A model generated the notes under the pieces. The model had not been told where the DNA came from. It saw only the letters and a program-made list of their open reading frames with translations, and did no database searches. A stretch of 63,826 nucleotides of DNA, the filler included, from Neoconidiobolus thromboides FSU 785 (lineage: Eukaryota > Fungi > Entomophthoromycota): assembly GCA_025603075.1 (NCBI GenBank). It is 11 parts of 11 records of this genome, joined end to end, with 100 filler letters (N's around TTAATTAATTAA, not from the genome) between each part and the next. Parts side by side here need not be neighbours in the genome. Positions count along the whole stretch, not along the records: positions 10,214 to 17,462 come from MU626709.1; positions 17,563 to 19,298 come from MU626912.1; positions 19,399 to 20,795 come from MU626979.1; positions 20,896 to 23,735 come from MU626835.1; positions 23,836 to 46,084 come from MU626536.1; 6 more parts are not named here. One strand, written 5' to 3'. Positions 11,425 through 24,171 of this stretch are shown one piece after another. Position numbers and translations under genes: made by a program. Positions within the stretch are counted from its first letter, which is position 1, and each line of letters starts with the position of its first letter.

Positions 11425-13519
11425 ATGAACAAACTTAAGCTCCATTTAAATCCAAACGAACTCAAGCTAAAGAACTTACTACTATCCTTATCAAATTGGA
11501 TCAATAAAGATATTAATGGGGATAAACTAGTTTTACGATTTGCAGGTGGATGGGTAAGAGATAAGGTAAGTTTACTAGTAATATATTCAGACTTCTTTTC
11601 ATTAACGTAACCTTTTACACAGCTGTTAAAAAACGAAAGTAATGACATTGACATAGCAATTAACAATCTCACTGGTGCTCAATTTATGCAGAAATTTAAA
11701 ACTTATATTCAAAATGAAAATGTACAGCTATCATCAATTGGTAAAATACAAAGTAATCCGGATAAGTCAAAGCATTTAGAAACGGTCACTTTTAAAATAT
11801 TTGATTTGGAAATTGACGTGGTTAATCTGAGAACAGAAGTTTATTCTGAGAATACTAGGATTCCAGATAAGGTGGTAAGTGGAATTGAAATAGTTTTGGT
11901 AGAATTAATGTTTATATTTAATTTTCATAGGAGTTTGGTACCGCTTTAGAGGATGCTTTGAGAAGAGACTTAACAATTAATGCTTTGTTTTATAATTTAA
12001 ATAGTGATGAAGTAGAAGATTTTACTGAATTGGTAAGATATATCGTATTATAGTTAACATTTCTATATTCATTTTGTATAAAAGGGCTTATCCGATTTAA
12101 AAAGTCGAATTATACGCACACCACTACCATCATTGCAAACATTTAGAGATGACCCTTTAAGAATTCTTAGGTGTATCAGATTTGCTGCTAAATTGGACTT
12201 TCAATTGAATACTGATATTATTGAGGCTATTAAAGATGAGAGTTTAAAAGTAAGTATAATGTTATATTCTACATTACTTTGTTTATTCATTTTGTCATTA
12301 TAGACATTATTAAAAGATAAAATATCTAAAGAAAGAATAGGTATTGAATTAAATAAGATGGTTAAAGGTAATTTAATAATACTATATAACAATAATGTAA
12401 TTATGTAATAATATAATATTCGTTAATAGATAAAAATCGTATTAAAGCATTTGAATTAATAAAACAACTTGGACTATATTATATATTATTCCAACCAAAG
12501 GATATAATATTAAAACATCAAACAATGGAACTAAATTATTATTTGGCTATTACTAAACATTTAAATTTGGCTATTGAAATTATAAATCAATTGAAATTGA
12601 ATCAAAACAATAGTCAACAGAATGGTTTAGTTAATCAAATAAGTAAAATAAGGGAGGAGATCACTGAATTGAAGTTTAAAGAGAATTTAAATAAAATGGA
12701 TTTATTATTATTTAGTGCTTTTTTATTACCATTTAAAAAAGAAGAGTTGCATAAAAAAGTTAAAAATTGTAGGGACTTAATGCAGTATATTATTAAAGAA
12801 GAGATTAAAGTAAGTCGTTATTTTATTACGTTTATATTTATTTTACCTTTATTTTATTTTATAAGCTTCCTTCAGTTGTTGCTGAATTTATTACTGATAT
12901 CCATGGTGGTATTGATAAGTTGGAAAGTTTAATTAAGTTAGATTCTAGCCAATGGGATAGATATAATATAGGTAAATATAGCTATGATGACACAATACGT
13001 ATTTGTATTAATAAGTTTCAATCAGGTCTATTTATGAAATATAGTAAAACAAATTTTCAATCAATAATAGTATTATCGATTGCTATAAAACAAAGTGAAG
13101 TAGATTATAATATTATTAATCAAAGTAAGTTTAAATGTTATTATCACACATATTATATTCATTATTTCGTTTAAGCTCAATTCGATGAGTACGTATTACA
13201 ACTAAAACAAATGTTAAATTTTATAATTAACGAAAAGTTAATTACTATTTATTTACAAGAGCCTTTATTAGAAGTAAGTTAACATATAAATGAATACTGT
13301 TATTTCTAGTATTAACATATTAAATTTTAGGGTACACAAATTCAAAAAGCATTAAATTTAAAACCTAGTAAAGTAATCGGATTATTAAAAAATGAAGTAG
13401 AAAAATTGCAATTATTAAATCCAATTATTAAAGAACAGGAAGCAATTGATTGGTTAAAACAACATTATGGAGAAGCTGAACAATTGAAAAGATTACAAAT
13501 AGAAAATCATATTAAATAA
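11425..13519 (+). CDS. CCA1: CCA tRNA nucleotidyltransferase (class II), multi-exon
   Basis: LRFAGGWVRDK/LL..NDIDIAI, DVVNLRTEVY, EDALRRDLTINALFYN, DDPLRILRCIRFA, KISKERIGIELNKM across GT-AG introns. Confidence 0.93.
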
Positions 13520-13581
13520 TATTAATATTAATTAGAAATAAAATAAAATAATAATTTTAGTTAGTATTGTATTATGTTTTA

Positions 13582-16357
13582 TTATTCATCATCGTCTTCA
13601 TCATCCTCATCACTATCTTCAAATACCATTTTAAATAGTTTATCACTTGGTTTATCTACTGGAATATCTATAATATTATTCATGATAATATCATTATTAT
13701 TAGTTTCATTTGCAATTTCATTTTCATTTTCAATTCCAATACTTTTAAAATCTAATACTTTATTTAATGCTTTTTGAGATGTACGTTGATAATTTAAATT
13801 ATTTTCATTATTATTATTAGGATTGATTTTAATATTGAATCTTTTAAATAATAAATTATTAAATTGAAATTGAGTAACAACTCGATTTAACCTTCCAAAT
13901 TGACCATAATTATATTCTTTAGTTTCTAAAATTGAATTCTACATAAAAAACATTAATAGTTAGATATTCATATATATATAAATATAATGACTTGAAACTT
14001 ACTTTATCAACATTATCCTTATTTTTAGTTTCTTCCTGTTGTTTTTGAATACTACTTTTTATATTTAAAATATTTTGATTAGTAATCAATCCAGCTGGCA
14101 GTTTAGTTTCTTTTTCAACAATTGTTTGTTTACTTGAAGTAAACCGATTCATCATTGTGTTAATTAATGGTCGATACATTTGAATAGCTTTTTGAAATTC
14201 TTGAATTTCTTGGATTTTATCTTCTATTGTAAATTCCTAAAATAAAATAAATAAATTGTTTGCTGTTAAATTATATAATATATATTAATTATTAATATTA
14301 GATACTTACTTTAGACCAATTAGGTGGCAATTTTGTTAAATTAGAATAATAATCTAAAAAATTTAGGTATCTTTGTTGTTTTTCTTTATTGGACTCAAAT
14401 GGAATAAAAGCTTCTTTAGCTTTTAATGCTGATTGTTGATCAACCATTGAATAACTCAACATTAAATTTAAATCTTCGTTATTTTTATTTCCTCTATCAT
14501 CATCCCACCTACTTTTCTTATTTATTCTATTACTTCCATTATTATTATCATCGTTATTATATTTTTCTTTCCTCTCAATTTCCTTTTCTAATAAATAAGT
14601 TTCAATCTCTTTATTATCTCCTAACATTTTTTTTCTTTCTTGAAAATTTAATTGAGCGGTTTTAGCATTATTAATAGTGTTGATATCTTCAAATTCTGCT
14701 TCAAAATTAAAATTAGAAGGTATTGTTGGTTTTTCATAACTAATAATAATATATATGAATGAATAACTTATTTTATATAATTAATAAAATGAAACTTACT
14801 TAACTTCATAATAAATTTCATTAGCTAATACGAATGATGGCAAAGGAATGTTTAGATCTTGACATTTATCTCTCTTTAAAAAAATTACAATATCAACTTT
14901 AATTCTTTACAAAATAATAATAAACTAAACTTACAACTAAATGATTAATTCTAATGTTTGAATTCATTAACAATAAATTTTGAGGTGGTGGTGGTCTTCT
15001 TTTTTTGCGAATTAATGTAATTTTTTCTTCTCCATCACTATCTTCTTCTTCTTTTATGTATGAAGTATTCTCTTTTGTTTGATTATATGGGTTAATATAA
15101 TAATCTCCATCTTCATCAAGCTTATTATCTATTTTTTATATTGGTATAATTAGTACATATTATATATCATAATATATTTATTATTATAAACTTACCTTGG
15201 TTTAAATATGAACTTAAATGATTTAATGAACTACTAATTTCCTTATCCTCTTTATTATTGTTATTATCTGATAAATTCAATCCCTTTTTATCTTTTTTGT
15301 CAATAAACTCAAATAACGGTACATCTTTAGGTGGTAATAATAATTTTTTTATATTAACTGTATTATTATTTAATTCATATTTTTCTGTTTATTTAATATT
15401 AAATATACTATTATTATTATTGAATACTCTTACTTTTTAATAATAAGTCTAATTTATTTGAACCAATGCCATATCCTGGTTTCCATCCCATTTGTTTTAA
15501 AATTGCTATACCTAAAAACAAAATTATTAATATTATAATAATAGTAATAACGATAAAAACAATAATATTATTGTTATTATTTACCAATTGAATCCTTTTT
15601 ATGATCAACAAATAAATTTAATATACTATCCGAAGTACTGCCAATAACACTATAATAAAAATAAATAAACGAATTAGTATTTGACCTCAAATATCCTCAA
15701 TAATACTTACTTTGGTAATTGTTTTAATTCTTCTTTTCTTTTTTCCATCAGTTCTTCAAATTCTTCATCAGTTGTTTTAATTTTAACCATTCTACTTTGT
15801 TTTTTAATATCCTGGAATAAATTTTGTTAATTTCAATTTAAATAATCCAAATCTTTGCCTACCTCAAAGTCCTCTTCATCCATGAAATCTTCGACATTTA
15901 AAGTCACTTTTTTAGCTTTTTCCTTTTTACTTGATTTATATTCCATTGGTTTCCATCCTGTAGATTTGATTAGTTAGTTAACTCTTTATAAACTATTATT
16001 ATTAATCTTTTGAATTACCTTCTTTACTCCCTACAGTATTAAAATACCCTGCAGAAAAGCCACCTGTAAACGCACCATGAAATCGTTTTCTACCTCTTTC
16101 ATCTCGAGCCTAAATAATAGCGATTATAACCCATTAACATACATTCAATGCTTCATCCTTCATTAATGATAACTTAGTCTCTTTCATTCACTTACCTCTT
16201 GCTTCCAAACGGGTACAAAAGCACCTTTATCAAACCTAGAATTTTCTGCTTCCAATATACTTTTTCCTAAGAATACATAATTTTCATTGGATAGATCCAT
16301 TTCTCCATCATCATCATCTGCATAAGTGCCTTTTAATTGTTTTTTATTATTATTCAT
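13582..16357 (-). CDS. GPATCH1: G-patch domain splicing-associated protein, GPATCH1-like, multi-exon
   Basis: N-terminal [41 protein letters not shown] block; G-patch [17 protein letters not shown]; acidic C-terminus. Confidence 0.85.
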
Positions 16358-16482
16358 TATTAAACTTAAAAGTTGTTTTGATCAATTTTATTACTCATTA
16401 ACTTGTAATATCACATTAAAATCAGGGAGATTTCAGAAAATTTTTTTTTATAACAAATGTTTTAATCTAGAATTAGCGAATG

Positions 16483-16555
16483 GCCTGGCTAGCTCAATCG
16501 GCAGAGCGTGAGACTCTTAATCTCAAGGTTGCGGGTTCGACCCCCGCGTTGGGCT
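16483..16555 (+). tRNA. tRNA-Lys-CTT: tRNA-Lys (anticodon CTT), intronless, 73 nt
   Basis: GCCTGGCTAGCTCAATCGGCAGAGCG TGAGA CTCTTAA TCTCA AGGTTGCGGGTTCGACCCCCGCGTTGGGCT folds to a cloverleaf with A and B boxes. Confidence 0.96.
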
Positions 16556-17303
16556 TTGATTGATATTACGATTTATTTTAAATGATTAATCTAATCATAT
16601 TTTAAGAATTTAAAATAGAGCTAACACTAATTTGGTTCTTATTGATTATTATTATATAATGATATAAACCATATTTTTTATCGTTATTCTGATTAATAAT
16701 GAGTTTTTAAATTGTTATTGTTATCTAAAACAAAGATTGTTCAGACTGTTTAATTTTTTCAAAACAATCTATGAAACATAAACTTTAGAATGCCTGCTTT
16801 AATTAATAATAATGTGTAAAAAGAGTATCAAGATAAGTTGAAAAAAAGGATAGAAGGTGGATATTTTGAAGTGAAAGAATCAAAGTGACTAGTATGATAT
16901 TACATAAAATTAGTACAAATATTCCACTATTACTCTGAAGAGGATTTTGATAAAGTATTTAATTTGAACCTTTTAAGCTTCAACTTCTTTATGGTGATGA
17001 TTGTATCCATTGAGAAGATTCGTTCTTTTAAATATTAAAATAGAAATATTAATTAGATTGACCTTCTTTTTTAATTGATAGATATATTGTAGTTACTAAA
17101 TATTTAATTTAGGCTACCAATTATTTGAGTCCTAGTATGCTTTTAACATTATTTAGAGTAAGATTATTAGCAGGATTGATTTTTATATTGGTTATACTAG
17201 ATTATCTAAGTCTATTATTATTTTATTGTTTAGTGATATAGTTTATAGCTTTAACTGTACTTATAAATTACTTGAAGTACACATCATCTAAGTTAATTTT
17301 TCA

Positions 17304-17462
17304 ATTTAAAACTGCTTCGTAACCTAATAAAATTTCAGGGATATTTTGATGATAAAGTTACTTTTGCACAAAAAATATTATTATTTTTTAATTCGTCAAA
17401 AATAAAGTTCAACCAATTACTTGATGATTTGTTATATAAAATATTAAAACTAATAAATTCAA
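17304..17462 (+). repeat. Inverted copy of 10702-10860, cut by gap
   Basis: One mismatch; a more diverged relative lies near 47355-47410. Confidence 0.85.
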
Positions 17463-18090
17463 NNNNNNNNNNNNNNNNNNNNNNNNNNNNNNNNNNNNNN
17501 NNNNNNTTAATTAATTAANNNNNNNNNNNNNNNNNNNNNNNNNNNNNNNNNNNNNNNNNNNNCTGACAAATATGAATTCAATTTTGGCTAATAATGTTTG
17601 TAACATTCTTTGCTATATCCTCTAAAGGGAAGTTCCTTCGAAATGTTTTTATGACTTTGAATGAGCTATATAAATAATACAGTAGATATTTTCCTTGATT
17701 ATATGCTCCTGTTTTCTACAATTCTTAGAAATAGTATACATAGTCAAATTATATTAAATCAATTGCCTAAAACCTTCAAGGTTTAAATAAAAATTTTAGA
17801 ACTGATTGATAGCAACTAATCCCTTAAGGATCTTATGCTATCTAATATCATATACTACTAATACTGATCACTAATAAGGGCACAGAATCCTTTTTAAGTA
17901 ACACAATAATCACAGTAGGTTGTTTCACTATTCTATATTTTTTTTTACAACTAAATGTCTTTAGCTCATACGTGAAAAAAATGAAGTGAATATCTTAAAA
18001 GGTAGCTCTCTGTATAAGTATTTAAAGCTTATTACACCTTCAAGATTAAATTGGAAACAAAAAGAATGATTCCATTTCATTTTTGTATCT

Positions 18091-18186
18091 GGGGATGTAT
18101 TTTTTTGTTTGAGAATTTCACTAATAATATTTTCACTAAAATAACGCTTAAAAATGGAAAAGTAATGAAACTAAAAAAACATTCCC
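18091..18186 (-). mobile_element. MITE family 1 copy, TSD ATCT/ACCT (1 mismatch)
   Basis: atct|ggggatg...cattccc|acct. Confidence 0.85.
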
Positions 18187-19042
18187 ACCTAATGATTTCA
18201 AATAATAGTAAGCTAAATAGCATGTTTATTTTAATAATGCGTAGATATTTAGAAATCAGCAGTGTATATGGCAAACCCAAATCGATAAAGGATAAACATA
18301 TGTAAAAATAATTTTTATCTTTATGCGCATCGACCAGCAGCCAATATTTATCTGAACCAGCGTAATATGGATAGGGCTTGATAATATCTTCCTTAAGGTT
18401 CTTGCTGTTAGTAGTTGTTCCAAGCCTATCCTAAAAAGAAATTATTATAGATATTTCTAGTATGTATTAAATCTTTAATTTTATTTTATTGTTTACCCTA
18501 ATATAATGAAATATACCTCTTATATATCAATGGATTTAAAAATGTTTAATTATTATTTTTCAAAGAGTCAATAAAAATTCAGTGACTATAAGCTACTTAA
18601 TTCTTTGACTTTTGTTTTGGTAAGCTATAAATACCTAATACGTTCAATAAAACTGCCTGATTGAGATTTGGTTAATATAAGCGTTTATAGAATTAAACTT
18701 GCGATTGTATTTATCAAGTATATTCTAATAGTACCATTATAACATTTTAATTTTAAAAAGTTAAACATATATATTTGATTGTCAAAATTAGTTAATATAA
18801 TTTTTTTGAGTTGGTTTATAAATTACGCAATATTCATTTATTACTTACTATTATATTTCATGAGTATGTTAATTTGGTAATGTTTTTAATTTATTTAAAA
18901 TGTATTTAGAAACCAATTAAAACACAAAAAGTTACGAAGAAACAAGTTAATATGTTTACATTAAATCAAAGATATACTGTGTCATAACGCAATGATAGAA
19001 ATAGCCCTATGACTATGTCTAAGGTTCAACTGATAAAATGCT

Positions 19043-19943
19043 TCAATTATTTTGAAGTAACTTAGGAATTTTGTTAATAACGCCTACGTTATGAAGGATA
19101 GTATCGTGATCTCCAAATGAATTATTTGTTATTTGAACATTCTCAAATCTTAGTCCTTTTGAATGAGTCGAAAATTCAAGCACTTGCTCTAAGTTTATCA
19201 GGATATCTTCTTGTGAGTCAATTAATAAGTAATTGGGCAACTGATTATAGTTTATTTTTTTTAATGATTCTTTTGAAACAAATTGAGGTGATGCTTTCNN
19301 NNNNNNNNNNNNNNNNNNNNNNNNNNNNNNNNNNNNNNNNNNTTAATTAATTAANNNNNNNNNNNNNNNNNNNNNNNNNNNNNNNNNNNNNNNNNNNNGT
19401 GTTTTTTTGTGTTTAAGAATTTTACTAACAATCTTTCCACTCGAATAGCACTTAAAAAATGGAAAAATAATGAAATTAAAAAAAACATCCCCATATTGTA
19501 CAATAGTTTCAATTTGGTCATCTTTAGTTTTTTTTTGTATTTTTAATAATAGGTTGTAATGTTGATATTTTATTATTATTACTTGTTTTTGAATAACCAT
19601 GTTGATTTCTGTTTATATTAAGCCCAAAACTTTTATATTCATCAAAAGGATATACTGAAGCTGTAGTTGACAATAACGCTACTTGTTGATTTTTATTTCC
19701 TGTTTCCCTTAAAGCACTAATTTTATACATTGGTTGATCAAGTTTATTATTATCGATAGTAAACTTTGGTAATATATCTTTTCTTTGTTTCGTTTTATTA
19801 TAAAATTCCATAAACCTTGGGTTGTTATAAGTAGTTCTTAAAATTGATGTAAATGAATTACAATGTTTATATTGTGTACTTCTCCCTGTTGTATTAAAAT
19901 TCCCAAAAATTCGATTTCGAAGTTTAGTTATGAAAGTCTGCAT
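19043..19943 (-). pseudogene. Hypothetical gene fragments interrupted by a MITE and a gap; distal piece weakly resembles an alpha/beta-hydrolase C-terminus
   Basis: ORF 19524-19943 runs into an A-run then the MITE at 19399-19492; after the gap LLIDSQEDILINLEQVLEF...GDHDTIL. Confidence 0.3.
19399..19492 (-). mobile_element. MITE family 1 copy, left end cut by gap
   Basis: ...aaacatcccc|atat with reverse-oriented internal core. Confidence 0.85.
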
Positions 19944-20081
19944 TTTATTTTTATTTTAACAAAAAATAAAGTCAAATAAGTGTATTTATATAATTATATA
20001 ATCATATAGTTATATATTATATCTATTAAATATCTAACAGAACTAACATAAAACATATAATTAGGAAAATTAGCTATTTAA

Positions 20082-20226
20082 GAAAAGGAAACAATTAAAA
20101 TGAGTTTTAAGTAGAGACATTTAATTTTAGGCTTTTTAAATTTAACCGTCACATTAGACACGAATTTAAAATTTTAAAATTTGGATTAATTTCTAAGTAA
20201 ATTCTGAAACCAATTAGGACAGCCCC
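20082..20226 (+). repeat. Repeat family 2, right end ...ggacagcccc|atat
   Basis: ~145 bp closely matching 50506-50649; terminus resembles the MITE-1 CCCC end. Confidence 0.75.
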
Positions 20227-20682
20227 ATATACTGGTACACCACTGTACTATGTAAATCTATTTTTTTGCTATCTTTTTAAAATTACTTTGTATATGTTTA
20301 GAAAATATTAACTTAGCTATTCTTTTATCTTTTAAATCATTAAAATATTTGTTATGTACAAAGTTAGTGCTTTCTTTAATCGAAACAGGGAAAAAAAACT
20401 AACAAGTATTATTATCAAGTTCATTATTATCAATAGTAAATTTTAATACTATTTTTTCTTTTTTTTTGTTTTATCACAAAATTTTATGAGGTCTGAGTTA
20501 TTGTAAATAGTTGTCAAAATTAATATAATAGACATTTTATTTTAATTTTAACATAGTAAAATGATATTAAGCATATGACTAAAAAATTATTTATTTTAAA
20601 AACAAGATTAAAAGAAGTTTTTTAAAATATATTTTTTATTTAATTTTAAACTTTTTTAAACTAATTTAGGTATCCCCCATAT

Positions 20683-20779
20683 GGGGGTGTTTTTTTGACC
20701 TCATTATTTTTCCATCTCTTAAGCACTATTTGAGTGGAAAAATTGTTAGTAAGATTCTTAAATACAAAAATACATCCCC
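20683..20779 (+). mobile_element. MITE family 1 copy, TSD ATAT
   Basis: atat|gggggtg...catcccc|atat. Confidence 0.9.
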
Positions 20780-21290
20780 ATATGGAAATAGGAACNNNNN
20801 NNNNNNNNNNNNNNNNNNNNNNNNNNNNNNNNNNNNNNNTTAATTAATTAANNNNNNNNNNNNNNNNNNNNNNNNNNNNNNNNNNNNNNNNNNNNCAGAT
20901 AATAATCTTTTAGTTATTTAAGTCAATAAATTCCTCATGAGTCTTTTCATCATCTTTTCAAGGACATTTATATAAAGTAATAAATAAAAGAGTAATTTTA
21001 ATAATAATAAAGATACTCATTACTGATAATCCCGAAAAAAATTATAAATTGACTTTTAAGAAAGTTAAAAAGTAAACAAACTTGATAATAAACATAAAAT
21101 TATAACACTTACATTTCAATTTTAAACCTTGAAATAATTTAATAATAAATAAGAAAATAAAATACTATAAATGATCAAGTTATTGTAGATGAATAATTGA
21201 TTATGACTTCATCTTAATTAAATTTAAATATTTTCACAACAATTTATAATTTCATATTGAATATTTTCATTCATATAATGATTTAGATAT

Positions 21291-21389
21291 GGGGGTGTTT
21301 TTTTTGGCTTCATTACTTTTTCTATCTTTTAAGCGCTATTTGAGTGGAAAAGTTGTTAGCAAAATTCTTAAACATAAAAATACATCCCC
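21291..21389 (+). mobile_element. MITE family 1 copy, TSD ATAT
   Basis: atat|gggggtg...catcccc|atat. Confidence 0.9.
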
Positions 21390-21852
21390 ATATTATAACT
21401 TTTTATTACAATATAGAATAGTTTCCATTATCTTGTAAAATATTGTAATTTTTATAAGGCATTTCCTTATCAATAAAGTTACTAAATAGATGGAACATAA
21501 TAAAATAAAAATGTGTAGTTGATAATAAAACATTATAATTTAATACATGATAAACTTATTTTCAAACATTATGATATTAGGGAGCTATTTATTTTGAAAA
21601 GCCATAGTAATGAAAAGATTGAAGACAATCAACTTATTTAAAGATGAGAAATGTAATGAAGTGTTCAAGCTAAAAGTTAAATAATCAGATACAATGCATT
21701 TAAACTTTTATGATAATTTTGTGGTTAGATGAGTGATTTTTTTATTTACTTTACAAAACTTGTGCAAAAAAGATTTTTGTAATGCAACTCTTAATTTAGC
21801 ACTTAAAACAAAGCAATCTTTTGAATTTGTTTAATAATAATAACTCAACAAT

Positions 21853-22480
21853 ATGAAAAAAGATAGAAAAGTAAATATAATAAGAATATCAATAATGATC
21901 TCTTTTTAAACTTATGATTTTCTATCCAAAAAGATAGTTTGTATCATTCCATATAATCAACTCAATCAAGTGTTACTCATTACAAGTCGTAAGCATCCAA
22001 ACCAATGGTTATTTGTAATAAAAAAATTATAATGAACAAAATAGTAATCTTTACTTGTTTATAGCCAAAAGGAGGAGTAGAAAAGGAAGAAACTTATATA
22101 CAAGCCGCAGAAAGAGAAGGCTTTGAAGAAGGTCCTTATTTAATTTAATTGTTAAATATTAATCTTATTGATTCCATTAGCTGGTATCAAAGGAGAAGTC
22201 ACTCGCGAATTAGGACTGTTTAAAGGAGTTAAAAAAGATAAAGAGTATGAGTTTTGGATATATTCTTTTAAAGTTAATGAATTGGTAAACGATAATTTAT
22301 GGTTAGAAGTAGATGAAAGGAAGAGAGAGTGGGTAAGAATATGTTTATTATTCAAAAATGATATATTTACTCTCTTATACTTAGTTTACTATTGAACAAG
22401 CATTAACATTATTAAAATATGAAGCAATGAAGGAAGCTTTAGTTAAATTCAAAATAATATCAAAATAATATCAAAATAAA
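21853..22480 (+). CDS. Nudix hydrolase, diphosphoinositol-polyphosphate phosphohydrolase (Ddp1/Aps1/DIPP)-like, 5 exons
   Basis: Spliced MKKDRK/IVCIIPYNQLNQVLLITSRKHPNQWLF/PKGGVEKEETYIQAAEREGFEE/AGIKGEVTRELG...EVDERKREW/FTIEQAL; complete Nudix box. Confidence 0.88.
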
Positions 22481-22506
22481 AATACAATTTAATGACTTAT
22501 TAAAAC

Positions 22507-23735
22507 TTAGACTTCCTCTTTTTCTTTAAGACTAAAAGCTTGTGGTATCTTATACGTAGTGATATTGTAATCAAACAGATTAAAATTTAATTTGGTATCA
22601 ATTTTATATGCCCAGGGTCCGTTATCATTCTTATTGCTACCATCATTGCTAAAGCAATCTTTTATAAACTTGGAACCTAACTCAAATGACTTTTTACTGC
22701 TTGGATGGAAGCCAAATAGTTGAAATACATGGGGCATTTCATCATAAATATGTAATGTTACTGGTTGACTATCTGCTTTAGTTTGATAATAGTTATTCAA
22801 TTTATGGGCAAATATAATACTCTCATCTCTTAATCTTTCGTTATCACCGACAATCTGAAAACAGTTATTAATTAATAACAAATAAATGTATAAGCTAAAT
22901 TCTCGCTTACCACCATAATGGGCGGAAACCTATCAAAGTTATCTTGGTACATTGGACTGACAAGTGGATAAGTTAAGTACTTTTCGTTAGTGAAGAAATG
23001 TCCACTAACATTTAAAATTTCATCCTTCAAATCAGTTACTGAACTTGCCAAAAGCTCATTAATGAACGTGTAATTTTTAACATCATTTAATTTTGGTCCG
23101 GGCAAATAATCATTGGTACTCGATGAAAAACTGGGTTGAGAAAAAGACAAATCAAGCCATGGGCTTAATAGTAAACCACCTGATAACATCTTATATTGCT
23201 CAAGTTGACTCAATAATATTAAAAATGAACTGGCTAAACCTCCTCCTGCACTATCTCCAGCAATCACTATTTTAGTCGCATCAATCCCCATCCCTGGACA
23301 CTCTGTTGTACTCTCACTAGTTAAGAATAAATAAGCTGCTAATGTGTCCTCCAAAGCACAAGGGAAAGGGAATTCTGGAGCTAAACGATAGTTCAAAGCT
23401 AAAAAAAGTTTTAAATTAGTTAATATTAAGAAAAGAACAAAATATTTTACCAGCTACTTGTGCATTTGCTTTTCTACCGAATTTACAATAGAGTGGACGA
23501 TGAGTATTATTTGAGCACAAGATATATGCACCACCATGTATGTAAAGTATGGTTTCTTTATCTACTTTTGGATCTGTACCTTTAGGCATAGCAAATTCTA
23601 GCTCCAGTTTTTTACTATTGTACCAAAAAGCATCTTTTCTTTCAATAGGGTATTTACCGATCTCTTTAATTAGCTTATCTTTAATGATGTTGTAACTCAA
23701 TTCTCTATAATAATCTGGAATATAAGTCTTTGTAA
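22507..23735 (-). CDS. Alpha/beta hydrolase (HSL/GDXG esterase-lipase family), 5' end in gap
   Basis: ILYIHGGAY, NYRLAPEFPFPCALED, IAGDSAGGGL, LLSPWLDL, DNERLRDE, MPHVFQ. Confidence 0.93.
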
Positions 23736-23835
23736 NNNNNNNNNNNNNNNNNNNNNNNNNNNNNNNNNNNNNNNNNNNNTTAATTAATTAANNNNNNNNN
23801 NNNNNNNNNNNNNNNNNNNNNNNNNNNNNNNNNNN

Positions 23836-24171
23836 GTTAAACAATCCATTTGGTCCAATGAAAGAGCCAAAGACATTTGGAACATTTTGAACCCCATTTA
23901 TGAATGGATCAATTTGTGGACTAAAATTGTTGCTAAAAATAGGGGTACTACCAGAAGTCCCTCCAGGAAGGAAATTACCGAAGCCACTAAAGAGGTTAAA
24001 AGGTTCAAAAGTTTTAGCTTGTACAGAGCTTGGTTGGCCATTAGTAGTAGATCCTCTATTGGCATTAGTGACAGTAGCTGGAGACACATCATTGGCATTA
24101 GCAGTATCAACTGGTAACGAGTTGATAGAGATGGCAGATAATAAAGAGACAGCGATAAATAAATAATTCAT
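23836..24171 (-). CDS. Secreted low-complexity protein, 3' end in gap
   Basis: Signal-like MNYLFIAVSLLSAISINSLP followed by Asn/Gly/Phe/Pro-rich sequence. Confidence 0.6.

Noticed and set aside
16981-17013. LLYGDDC, an RT/RdRp-like YxDD/GDD motif
   Set aside because: Flanked by several stops, with no upstream polymerase motifs in frame; likely chance.
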